NCBI RefSeq assembly: GCF_000196355.1
Contig: NC_007614.1
Coordinates: 1,170,001-1,202,000, forward strand
Reading direction: 5' to 3'
Origin: Nitrosospira multiformis ATCC 25196
Lineage (GTDB): Bacteria > Pseudomonadota > Gammaproteobacteria > Burkholderiales > Nitrosomonadaceae
Length of the DNA: 32,000 nucleotides
The notes below the pieces were generated by a model that made no database searches, was not told the origin of the DNA, and worked only from the letters and a program-made list of their open reading frames with translations. Positions 17,039 through 25,315 of this stretch are shown one piece after another (positions within the stretch are counted from its first letter, which is position 1; every line of letters begins with the position of its first letter). Made by a program: the position numbers and the translations under genes.

Positions 17039-18558
17039 ATCCGATGCCCTCTGCACTACCCTCCGATTTTCTGCACGTGGACCTCGTGACCCTGTCGCCG
17101 CTCATTCTCCTTGCCGCAGCAGCGGTAGTGGTGATGCTGACCGCAGCCTTTTACCGTCATCCCCGACCGGTCATGATATTGACGCTCGCCGGACTGGTTC
17201 TGTCATTTATGGCATTGTTCCTGTCCCAAGGCACGGCGTCTTCTCAGGTCACAACTCTGCTGATACTGGATCAGTATGCATTGTTTTTTATCGGACTCAT
17301 CGTTGTCGCGACCTTTGTCGTCGCGATATTGTGTTACCGCTACTTCGGCGGAGGCGAAAGCCGGCATGAAGCGCTTTACATCCTGTTACTGCTGGCTGCC
17401 CTTGGTGGAGGGGTTCTCGTGGCAAGCAGCCATTTTGCCTCGTTTCTCCTGGGTCTGGAACTGCTCAGCATTTCGCTGTTTGCATTGATCGCCTATCCAC
17501 GGTTCACAGAGCATCCCCTCGAAGCAGGAATCAAGTACCTGATCCTCGCCGGATTCTCATCCGGGTTGCTCCTGTTCGGAATGGCGCTGGTTTATGCGCA
17601 GCTCGGGACGATGCAGTTTGTGAAAATCGGGACAATGCTTGCTGCGCCCGGCGCGGCGCTGGAACTCTATGGGTTGGCGGGGCTTGCGCTGATTGTAACC
17701 GGTGTCGGATTCAAACTGGCGCTGGTGCCCTTCCACATGTGGACTCCGGATGTATATGAAGGTGCGCCTGTGCCGATTACCGCGTTCATCGCCACTGCTT
17801 CAAAGGGCGCCATGCTTGTCCTGCTGCTGCGCTATTTCCTCATGGCAGGGGCGCACCAGTCGCATTCGATCACATTCGCATTGAGCCTGATTGCCGTCGC
17901 GACGATCCTGGTTGGCAATCTGCTCGCACTGTTACAGAATAACATCAAGCGGATTCTTGCCTATTCCTCGATTGCACAGCTTGGCTATCTGCTGGTCGGG
18001 TTTCTGGCCTTTGACCAGCTGGCAATCGAGGCGGTAGCTTATTTTCTGACAGCCTATTTCGTCACCATGCTGGGCGCCTTCGGTGTGGTAACGGTATTGT
18101 CCGAGGGGTTCAATGGCGGATCCGCTGGGGAATTCCATGATGCAGGGGAAAAGGATAGTGACAGGCTGGCAGATTATGCGGGTCTGTTCTGGCACAGACC
18201 GTGGCTGGCGGGAGTGTTTACCGCCATGCTGCTGTCGTTGGCCGGAATTCCCCTGACAATGGGTTTTATCGGGAAGTTCTATATAGTGACGGCCGGGGTG
18301 GAAGCCTCGTTATGGATGCCCGTGATTACCCTGGTTATCGGCAGCATCATCGGGCTGTTCTATTATATGCGCATTATCGCTGTGATGTATGGGTGGGGCC
18401 CTGAGGCAGCCGGTGAAGCAATCATGCTGCGCGCTGCTTCGCCCTCCTTTGCGGAAAGCGCGACGCTGGCAGCGCTGGCGTTATTGCTTATATGGCTTGG
18501 CATCTTTCCGGCTCAGCTTATCGGTGTGCTTGAAGGAGCGGGAGGAGGCTTGACCTGA
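17035..18558 (+). CDS. nuoN: NADH-quinone oxidoreductase subunit N
   Basis: Contains FLLGLELLSISLFALIAY, EAGIKYLILAGFSSGLLLFGMALVYA and PFHMWTPDVYEGAP. The ATG overlaps the nuoM stop (ATGA). Confidence 0.95.
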   Translation: MNPMPSALPSDFLHVDLVTLSPLILLAAAAVVVMLTAAFYRHPRPVMILTLAGLVLSFMALFLSQGTASSQVTTLLILDQYALFFIGLIVVATFVVAILCYRYFGGGESRHEALYILLLLAALGGGVLVASSHFASFLLGLELLSISLFALIAYPRFTEHPLEAGIKYLILAGFSSGLLLFGMALVYAQLGTMQFVKIGTMLAAPGAALELYGLAGLALIVTGVGFKLALVPFHMWTPDVYEGAPVPITAFIATASKGAMLVLLLRYFLMAGAHQSHSITFALSLIAVATILVGNLLALLQNNIKRILAYSSIAQLGYLLVGFLAFDQLAIEAVAYFLTAYFVTMLGAFGVVTVLSEGFNGGSAGEFHDAGEKDSDRLADYAGLFWHRPWLAGVFTAMLLSLAGIPLTMGFIGKFYIVTAGVEASLWMPVITLVIGSIIGLFYYMRIIAVMYGWGPEAAGEAIMLRAASPSFAESATLAALALLLIWLGIFPAQLIGVLEGAGGGLT

Positions 18559-18634
18559 TTGCCGGTACTTCGTCTATTTGTCCCCATCTTGCTGTCTGCT
18601 TCACTGTCTGTCCTGTCGCCTGCCCTCTTTTTTG

Positions 18635-19600
18635 TCATTGAATGGCTGCGCAGGCATCCGCAGCCTCCATGAACTTCCGGTATCGCGCCAGCCACTGAAA
18701 CGGAACAGGGAACTCGCAAGTACTCTGTCTTGCCGCATGTGCCGCCATAAGAGCACCCAACATGATCGACCGGCCGCAGCTGTCTCCGCCTGCGCGTATG
18801 TTGGTTTCGACTGCGCTTCGGTAATCGCTCGCAGTTTGCGCAATGTGGAAGACGACAGGCAGACCTTCCGTGACGTGACAGGCAGAACCGAAGCGTTGAG
18901 TTGCGCCGACACCATCCGGCTTGGACATTGAAAGTGCCTCTTCAAGCAGCGGCCGGAGCACGCTGCCTGCAAGCGGCAAAGCATGTGCCAGGGCTTGTGG
19001 CATCGGCATGCCATGCAAAAGGTTGAATAACGCTGCGGCAGAACATTGCGCGGCGGCGACCGCCGTTTCGTTATTGTTTGTTATGCGCACCACTTCATCG
19101 ACCCGCGGCAGAAGTTCATCCAGTGTTCCTGCGTGTGCGGCCACCAGTGATGGGATCGCTGCCAGGGATGGATGCTGGTCGTCGTCCGGCCCGGAGGCCG
19201 CCGGGAAATCCCGCGGCTCCAAAGGTAACAATGTGCGCAGCGTGAGGCGAGTAGGGGAATCGATATACCCCACGTATTTCCCGCCCGGCCCGAAGCAGGC
19301 GCGATATTCGCTCTGATACTCGACCCGGTTGAACCGCCCGTGCCTTGCCAGATGCTTCAGCATCAGCAAGCAAACCTCTCCATAGGAGCTTGACTCGCCG
19401 GATGTCTTTCCGCCATGTGCAAAGTATCCCTTTACCCCGGCATAATTTGCCTCCTCCGGCTGCAGAAATACGAGGCCCCGTGGACCCCGAGCTGCTTCGA
19501 TCTCCGCGATGCGGGCAGGATCATAAATCCAGTGTAGCCCGAGGGCAGCGCTGTCCGCTACCAAAGCGCCAAGAATCGCCTCACTGTTCAGACTCTTCAT
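18635..19600 (-). CDS. ADP-ribosylglycohydrolase-family protein
   Basis: A 321-aa protein. The N-terminal GALVADSAALGLHWIYD and the C-terminal NIRAGGDSCGRSIMLGALMAA resemble the two metal-site motifs of the ARH/DraG fold (PF03747). Here the usual D/T residues are partly replaced. Assignment is by recalled motifs only. Confidence 0.6.
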   Translation of the reverse strand: MKSLNSEAILGALVADSAALGLHWIYDPARIAEIEAARGPRGLVFLQPEEANYAGVKGYFAHGGKTSGESSSYGEVCLLMLKHLARHGRFNRVEYQSEYRACFGPGGKYVGYIDSPTRLTLRTLLPLEPRDFPAASGPDDDQHPSLAAIPSLVAAHAGTLDELLPRVDEVVRITNNNETAVAAAQCSAAALFNLLHGMPMPQALAHALPLAGSVLRPLLEEALSMSKPDGVGATQRFGSACHVTEGLPVVFHIAQTASDYRSAVETNIRAGGDSCGRSIMLGALMAAHAARQSTCEFPVPFQWLARYRKFMEAADACAAIQ

Positions 19601-19654
19601 TCTTCATACCCTTTCAGGCTCCTGAGACCGGAAATCCGATACATCGCCGGATAT

Positions 19655-19840
19655 CTATCGGCTGATCTCTTCTTCTACCGGCAACCGTCGGGCTTCATCT
19701 TCCAGCATGATGGGAATTCCATCCCGGATGGGGAATGCCAGCCTGTCGGCCTTGCAGATGAGTTCGTTTTCAGGCTTCCGGTACAGGAGCGGTGATTTGC
19801 ATAGGGGGCATACCAGAATGTCGAGCAATTTCGGATCCAT
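19655..19840 (-). CDS. ycaR: Trm112/YcaR-family small zinc-ribbon protein (UPF0434)
   Basis: A 61-aa protein, [20 protein letters not shown]...[26 protein letters not shown]. It closely parallels the recalled E. coli YcaR. Confidence 0.85.
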   Translation of the reverse strand: MDPKLLDILVCPLCKSPLLYRKPENELICKADRLAFPIRDGIPIMLEDEARRLPVEEEISR

Positions 19841-19923
19841 AATTCAGCCTCAATTTTAAGATTTCACCTCAATCGGTTGCTTCCAATAAGCCGAGCTTTC
19901 TGTTTTTCATCGGGCTCCCGGCG

Positions 19924-20340
19924 CTATTCCCGATTCCGGGTGGTGAAAGTGATACGATTATATCCCGCCATCCGCGCCGCCTCCATCACGGTGATAACCG
20001 ACTGATGCGTTGCCTGGGCATCCGCGTTGATGACTATCACAGGATCCACCCGACTGCCAGCCGCGCTTCGTAATTCCTCCTGCAGTTGCACGACATTCCG
20101 AAACTGGAGAGGCATCCGGTTGATCATGTAGTTCCCTGTCGCGCTGACCGAGATATCGATGACATTCGACTGCTCGCTGGATTTTTCGGAGGAGGCTTGC
20201 GGCAAGGTGATTTCCAGTTCCGAAAACTTGGAATAAGTGGTGGTTATCATCAGAAAAATCAGGATGACAAGCAGCACGTCGATCATCGGGACCAGATTGA
20301 TTTCAGGTTCTTCCTTGTTTCTGCCGCGCTGAAAATTCAT
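19924..20340 (-). CDS. exbD: ExbD/TolR-family biopolymer transport protein
   Basis: A 138-aa protein with the N-terminal EINLVPMIDVLLVILIFLMIT transmembrane segment and a periplasmic domain typical of ExbD/TolR. Confidence 0.85.
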   Translation of the reverse strand: MNFQRGRNKEEPEINLVPMIDVLLVILIFLMITTTYSKFSELEITLPQASSEKSSEQSNVIDISVSATGNYMINRMPLQFRNVVQLQEELRSAAGSRVDPVIVINADAQATHQSVITVMEAARMAGYNRITFTTRNRE

Positions 20341-20430
20341 GGCCGGGAGTTGGTGGAATACGGAAGCAGTGATAGAAGAAGCAGTTTCAGGTGTGCGGAT
20401 TATGACGGATCAGGTAGCTGTTCCCAGTAA

Positions 20431-21042
20431 TCAACCTTTTCTGTCGCCATGGATGATTTCCACCAGTTTCAATGCCTGCAGTTCCATCTCTACTACCAGC
20501 TCATCCACCTTGGCACGGAAATACCGGTAAAACATGATACTGGGAATGGCTACAAGGATGCCAAAAGCGGCATTATAAAGGGCTACGGAGATGCCATGCG
20601 CCAGTTGCGCCGGATTGTTTCCGCTGACAGGCGTGTTTGAGCCGAATATTTCGATCATGCCCACCAGTGTCCCCAGCAGACCCATCAACGGGCTTATGGA
20701 GCCGATCGTTCCCAGGGTGGTGAGATAGCGTTCCAGCTGATGGGCAACGGCACGACCGGCTTCTTCTATGGATTCTTTCATGACTTCCCGCGTACTGGTG
20801 TCATTTTTCAGTCCCGCAGAAAAAATCTGACCGAGGGGAGAATGCTTCTGGAGACGGGTGAGCATTTCGGAAGACACGCCCGCTTCGCGGTACTCACGCA
20901 CGACCAGAGGCAAGAGATTCCGGGGTGCCACCACGTTGAGGCGCAGTGCCCAGATACGCTCGCCGATGATGGCTACCGCGACGATGGATGCCAGAATGAT
21001 CGGCCAGATCGGCCAGCCGGCAGCTTGAATCAACGCGAACAC
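20431..21042 (-). CDS. exbB: MotA/TolQ/ExbB-family proton channel protein
   Basis: A 203-aa protein with three transmembrane segments. It contains LGTIGSISPLMGLLGTLVGMI and GISVALYNAAFGILVAIP. GTG start at 21042 with GAGGAGG 7 nt upstream. There is no adjacent tolA/tolB/pal, so I prefer ExbB over TolQ. Confidence 0.85.
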   Translation of the reverse strand: MFALIQAAGWPIWPIILASIVAVAIIGERIWALRLNVVAPRNLLPLVVREYREAGVSSEMLTRLQKHSPLGQIFSAGLKNDTSTREVMKESIEEAGRAVAHQLERYLTTLGTIGSISPLMGLLGTLVGMIEIFGSNTPVSGNNPAQLAHGISVALYNAAFGILVAIPSIMFYRYFRAKVDELVVEMELQALKLVEIIHGDRKG

Positions 21043-21160
21043 GCGGGAGCCTCCTCGGTAAAAATACAGAAATCGAACCTGAATCAGAGTAGATCAGGTC
21101 TTCAGGAATCGTCTTAATGTAGCTTGCTGCTGTGATTTCAGCAAGGATGAAAGGTTTTTA

Positions 21161-21195
21161 TTGTCCACAATTGCTGTGGATAAGTTTGTGGGTAA
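21161..21195. promoter_or_regulatory. Cluster of three DnaA-box-like 9-mers, one forward and two reverse
   Basis: TTGTCCACA at 21161-21169 is forward with 1 mismatch to TTATCCACA. tgtggataa at 21175-21183 is a perfect TTATCCACA on the reverse strand. tgtgggtaa at 21187-21195 is TTACCCACA on the reverse strand, with 1 mismatch. The cluster lies in the exbB/xseA divergent intergenic region, next to a very AT-rich tract. Confidence 0.45.
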
Positions 21196-21350
21196 TATGC
21201 AGATAGAGCCATTAAGTCGCCCTTCCATAACAACTTTTTCTGATTAGACTAATTTTTGAACTTATTACAATTCATTTTAAAACATGGGGTTATGTCATAT
21301 CCGGATTTCATGCGGGTTGGCGCCGCATAATATGCTATTTTCGTGACAAG

Positions 21351-21359
21351 TGTGGATTA
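21351..21359 (-). promoter_or_regulatory. Fourth DnaA-box-like 9-mer (TAATCCACA, 1 mismatch) just upstream of xseA
   Basis: tgtggatta lies at 21351-21359, 16 nt upstream of the annotated xseA ATG and adjacent to a taaaat -10-like hexamer (21362-21367). Confidence 0.3.
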
Positions 21360-21374
21360 TTGTAAAATGTCAAG

Positions 21375-22718
21375 ATGAATCACGTTCTGGAAATGGGTTT
21401 CGAGCGGGCGGTCATGAGCGTAAGCGAATTGAACCGCAATGCCAAGGAGTTGCTGGAGCAGGCTTTTCCATTATCCTGGGTGGCTGGCGAGATCTCCAAT
21501 ATCAAGTGCTATGGCTCCGGCCACTGGTATTTTTCCCTGAAGGATGAGATTGCTCAGGTGCGCTGTGTCATGTTCCGGGAAAAAAACCAGTATCTTGATT
21601 GGCAGCCTCGGGATGGCATGCGGGTGGAAGTGCGCGCCCTGGTAACGCTATATCATGCGCGCGGCGATTTCCAACTGAACATCGAGACTATCCGCCACGC
21701 CGGACTCGGTTCGCTGTTTGAAGCTTTCGAGCAACTCAAGGCGAGGCTTGGAAAAGAGGGGTTGTTCGATTCTGAGCGCAAGAAACCATTGCCAGAGTTT
21801 CCAAAGCAGATCGGGATCATCACTTCTCCTGCCGCCGCGGCGCTGCATGATGTGCTGTCCACCTTGCAGCGGCGTATGCCTTCCGTGCCCATAATCGTTT
21901 ATCCAACGATTGTTCAGGGCGCTGGCGCTTCAGTAAGGATCGCGGGCGCCATTCAAACCGCTGCAAGCCGGGCTGAGTGCGATGTACTGATACTGTGCCG
22001 CGGGGGTGGCTCTCTGGAAGATCTGTGGGCTTTCAACGAGGAGGTTGTGGCACGCGCAATCGCGGCTTGTTCCATTCCCATTGTCAGTGGAGTGGGTCAC
22101 GAAACCGATTTTACCATTGCGGATTTTGTTGCGGATGTCCGCGCGCCCACGCCGACTGGCGCATCCCAGCTCGTGTGCCCGGATCGCGCAGAAGTGGCGA
22201 GATGCGGAGAAATTCTTCGTGGACGCATGTACCGCGCGATGCAACGGCGCATCGAAAGCCGGATGCAGCATACGGATATGCTGGGGTGCCGTCTGGTACA
22301 TCCGGGAAAGCGCATCGAAGCACAACTGGCGCAGCTTGCGCGTTTGCGCGAACGCCTGGAAAGCGCATGGCTACGTCACGCGAAAGAGAGGCACTGGCGC
22401 TTGCGCGAGCTCCAGCAGCGCATGAAGATTGCCCGGCCCGACATCCCACGGCTGGAAGGGCGCCAGCAGCAACTCGGTCTACGCCTTCAGCGGGCGATCG
22501 CATCCCGGATTGAAACTCTCGGCATGCACTTGCAGCGCAGGGAAGCAAATCTTTCCCATCTGAATCCGGATTCCGTTCTGGCGCGAGGCTACAGTATTGC
22601 TTATACCTCCGATGGCACGGTATTGAGAAGAAATGATCAGGTCGATGTTGGCGATGTCATCCGCGTGACGTTTGCGAAAGGATGGAGCAAGGCGTCCGTG
22701 ATGGAGAAGGGCGAGTAG
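21375..22718 (+). CDS. xseA: Exodeoxyribonuclease VII large subunit
   Basis: Contains SVSELNRNAKELLEQAFPLSWVAGEISN...GHWYFSLKD...VRCVMF, an OB-fold N-terminus. It also contains GIITSPAAAALHDV, CRGGGSLEDLWAFNEE and GVGHETDFTIADFVADVRAPTPT. The start could instead be the ATG at 21414, since no ribosome-binding site is seen at 21375. Confidence 0.92.
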   Translation: MNHVLEMGFERAVMSVSELNRNAKELLEQAFPLSWVAGEISNIKCYGSGHWYFSLKDEIAQVRCVMFREKNQYLDWQPRDGMRVEVRALVTLYHARGDFQLNIETIRHAGLGSLFEAFEQLKARLGKEGLFDSERKKPLPEFPKQIGIITSPAAAALHDVLSTLQRRMPSVPIIVYPTIVQGAGASVRIAGAIQTAASRAECDVLILCRGGGSLEDLWAFNEEVVARAIAACSIPIVSGVGHETDFTIADFVADVRAPTPTGASQLVCPDRAEVARCGEILRGRMYRAMQRRIESRMQHTDMLGCRLVHPGKRIEAQLAQLARLRERLESAWLRHAKERHWRLRELQQRMKIARPDIPRLEGRQQQLGLRLQRAIASRIETLGMHLQRREANLSHLNPDSVLARGYSIAYTSDGTVLRRNDQVDVGDVIRVTFAKGWSKASVMEKGE

Positions 22719-22921
22719 CGGGAATGCGCCTGCAGGATCGCACTCCATGACCTTCCGCCGAGTCTGGACATTCAGCCAAGGGTGGTGCAGACTTGACCGT
22801 TGGCGGGATTGGATTGTGCAGAATCGCATCGAACTCCCGTTCTCCCGCAGGGGAGAGATAAGTTTTTCCCGGATAAAAAGACGTTATGGAGATAGTTGCC
22901 ATTCAATTCCGTTTATATGTT

Positions 22922-22945
22922 TCTGCCACTGATCTCTGCCACTGA
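22922..22945. repeat. 11-nt direct repeat (tctgccactga, two copies, 13-nt period) upstream of the DUF423 gene
   Basis: Copies lie at 22922-22932 and 22935-22945. This was read directly from the sequence. Confidence 0.8.
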
Positions 22946-22971
22946 ATCCTATCAGCTCTTTCCACAAAAAT

Positions 22972-23349
22972 ATGTCTCCAAAAATCTTTCTCACGCTGGG
23001 CGCAGTCAATGCATTTCTCTGCGTCGCTTTGGGTGCGTTCGGCGCGCACGGCCTGAAGCAGACGCTCTCCGCTGATATGCTGGCCGTATACCAGACCGGT
23101 GTGCAGTATCATTTTTATCATGCGCTCGGCCTTATCGCAGTGGGTCTCGTGCTGTTTCAGTTTCCCGCTTCCAAATGGGTGGCGTTATCCGGATGGCTGA
23201 TGTGTGCCGGAATTGTTCTGTTTTCTGCCAGTCTTTATGCGCTGAGCCTCACGGGCATACGCGGACTTGGCGCCATCACCCCATTGGGCGGCGTGTCATT
23301 CCTCACAGCGTGGGCCCTGCTTGCCTACGGCTCGTGGACAGCAAGATAA
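22972..23349 (+). CDS. DUF423 (YgdD-family) inner-membrane protein
   Basis: A 125-aa protein with four transmembrane segments. It contains ALGAFGAHGL, YQTGVQYHFYHAL and the PLGGVSFLTAWALLAYG block, paralleling the recalled E. coli YgdD. Confidence 0.85.
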   Translation: MSPKIFLTLGAVNAFLCVALGAFGAHGLKQTLSADMLAVYQTGVQYHFYHALGLIAVGLVLFQFPASKWVALSGWLMCAGIVLFSASLYALSLTGIRGLGAITPLGGVSFLTAWALLAYGSWTAR

Positions 23350-23418
23350 ACCCATTTTTGCGAGTATCCGGGGATCAGGTTCCCCTGATATCGTGACCCG
23401 CCTGCATTCTGTCATCCT

Positions 23419-24618
23419 GTGACGCTTCATCATTTTTTTGCTCCCTGTCCCCGTGGCGTGGAATCCGGGCTCGTTGCCGAGTTGGAGTGCCTCGGTGCTT
23501 CTGCCATAAATCCTCAGGATGGGGGCGTGGAATTTCAGGGGGATTGGGATACGTGCTATCGAACCAATCTGGAAAGCCGTATCGCCAGCCGCATTCTCTG
23601 GCGCGTTGCAAGCGAACCTTACGCTACCGAAATTGACGTATATAAAGTTGCGCGCCAGTTACCCTGGCACGATTGGTTCTCTCCGGCGCTTACAATCAAG
23701 GTCAACGTGGCTGCCATCAGGTGTCCGTTGCAGAGCCTGGATTTCGTTACGCTCAAGATCAAGGATGGAGTCTGCGACAGGTTCCGCGAAGTTGCCGGCA
23801 ACCGGCCGAGTGTCGATACCGTGCAACCTGACATCCGGATTCACGGCTTTCTCGATGCCCGCAGGATTTCCTTGTATCTGGACACCTCCGGTGACGCGTT
23901 ATTCAAGCGTGGCCTGCGAAAGAATACCGGGGAGGCTCCCCTCCGGGAAAATCTTGCTGCAGGAATTTTATCGCTGGCAGACTGGCGCCCGGGAATTCCG
24001 CTGCTTGATCCCATGTGCGGGAGCGGAACCTTTCTGCTGGAAGCGGCACAAATTGCCCTGAATATACCCCCAGGGCTGGGACGAAGTTTTGCTTTCGAAA
24101 AGCTCAGGATATTCGACAAAAAACGATGGGAGCAGATCAGAAAGGCGGCAATTGCAGGGCAGAAGACGAAATCTCAGCAACCGATATTTGGCAGCGATTT
24201 GTATGGCAATGCGATTGCTGTGGCCCAGGCCAATCTCTCCGCTGCCGGACTTTCTGAAGCAGTTACTCTCAAGCAGGCGAACGTGCTGGAATTGTCCGCT
24301 CCGGCATCTTCCGGCTTTCTTGTCACCAACCCCCCCTACGGGGTGAGATTGGGGGAGCAGAAACAGCTCATGGAGTTTTATCCGAAACTCGGCGACGTGC
24401 TTAAGAAGAAATTCAGCGGGTGGAATGCCTACATCTTGACTGCTGATCCACAGCTTCCCAAGCTCATACGTCTGACAGCCTCGCGTCGTATTCCGCTCTT
24501 CAACGGTGCGCTGGAGTGCCGCTTACTGGAATATAAAATTGTATCGGGCGGGATGCGCAAAACGAAAAAAACCGCCACCGGTGAGCCAGGACGAGTAACG
24601 GGAGCCGAGCATGAGTAA
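23419..24618 (+). CDS. THUMP-domain class I SAM-dependent RNA methyltransferase (RlmL/COG0116-like)
   Basis: A 399-aa protein with an N-terminal THUMP-like region. It carries the SAM motif LLDPMCGSGTFLLEAA and the catalytic-type motif LVTNPPYGVRLG. GTG start at 23419. Confidence 0.85.
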   Translation: MTLHHFFAPCPRGVESGLVAELECLGASAINPQDGGVEFQGDWDTCYRTNLESRIASRILWRVASEPYATEIDVYKVARQLPWHDWFSPALTIKVNVAAIRCPLQSLDFVTLKIKDGVCDRFREVAGNRPSVDTVQPDIRIHGFLDARRISLYLDTSGDALFKRGLRKNTGEAPLRENLAAGILSLADWRPGIPLLDPMCGSGTFLLEAAQIALNIPPGLGRSFAFEKLRIFDKKRWEQIRKAAIAGQKTKSQQPIFGSDLYGNAIAVAQANLSAAGLSEAVTLKQANVLELSAPASSGFLVTNPPYGVRLGEQKQLMEFYPKLGDVLKKKFSGWNAYILTADPQLPKLIRLTASRRIPLFNGALECRLLEYKIVSGGMRKTKKTATGEPGRVTGAEHE

Positions 24619-25117
24619 CCCCATGAGGCCGGTACGAAGCATATTGCTGGCGATCTTCACCGGTTGCGCGGGCCTGATCGGCTACGCGCTTTATCTGCAA
24701 CTCGTGGAAAATCTTTTGCCATGCCCGCTTTGTGTCGTGCAGCGTATGGCCTACTGGCTGATAGGCTTGACCGCGCTGGCCGGTTTTTTTCATACTCCGG
24801 AAACGACCGGTCGCCGCATCTATGCCGGCCTGATGGCAGTCTTTGCGTTCACCGGCGGGCTGGTTGCCTTGCGTCAGGCTTGGCTCGTCCGCTACCCGGA
24901 AGCATTCGAATGCGGTATCAGCCCTGAAGAAGCGTTTCTGAACGCGCTGCCGCTGGCACGATGGTGGCCCGTCATGTTCGAAGCAAACGGCGATTGCGCC
25001 GATGTCACATGGAAATTTGCTTCGCTTACTCTTCCGGATTGGTCCGCAATTTTTTTCATGATCCTTGCCGCGCTCTCGATTTATGTCCTGCTCGTCCGCG
25101 AAAATCAGCGCGAGTGA
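24611..25117 (+). CDS. dsbB: Disulfide bond formation protein B
   Basis: A 168-aa protein with four transmembrane segments. The first-loop CxxC is LPCPLCVVQR. The second periplasmic loop has the cysteine pair ECG...NGDCADVTW. It overlaps the upstream gene by 8 nt. Confidence 0.88.
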   Translation: MSNPMRPVRSILLAIFTGCAGLIGYALYLQLVENLLPCPLCVVQRMAYWLIGLTALAGFFHTPETTGRRIYAGLMAVFAFTGGLVALRQAWLVRYPEAFECGISPEEAFLNALPLARWWPVMFEANGDCADVTWKFASLTLPDWSAIFFMILAALSIYVLLVRENQRE

Positions 25118-25250
25118 TACACTAACAGCCTCCTGAATTCTTCGTCCGCCGTTCGCCCTGAGCTTTTTGACAGGCTCGTTTAAGAGGGCCTGAGTCGATC
25201 AGGGCAGGACAAGAATATTGCGAGGAGCAAGGTTCTGCCTGCAGCGTCTC

Positions 25251-25279
25251 CTTGAAAAATTGAACTCCCATCCCTATAT
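25251..25279 (+). promoter_or_regulatory. Putative sigma-32 (heat-shock) type promoter for htpX
   Basis: tctcCTTGAAAaattgaactcccatCCCTATATa compares with the recalled consensus CTTGAAA-N13-15-CCCCATNT. It lies ~37 bp upstream of the htpX ATG. htpX is a sigma-32 regulon member in E. coli. Confidence 0.45.
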
Positions 25280-25315
25280 ATGATCCATCTCTGATACAAG
25301 GAAACGGAACTGTCC

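Noticed and set aside
18578-19014. Plus-strand and minus-strand ORFs (117 aa and 137 aa) overlapping the 3' half of the ADP-ribosylglycohydrolase-family gene.
   Set aside because: They are alternative frames of a gene that has clear family motifs in its own frame. Their translations are low-complexity.
21150-21375. Possibility that the DnaA-box and AT-rich region is the chromosomal origin (oriC).
   Set aside because: There are only four boxes, and three of them are imperfect. No dnaA, dnaN, gidA or other typical origin-flanking genes are nearby. The 15-kb nuo operon just to the left is on the + strand, which would be head-on to a fork leaving this site. I kept it as a DARS-like or regulatory candidate instead. 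A GC-skew analysis of the whole genome would settle the question.
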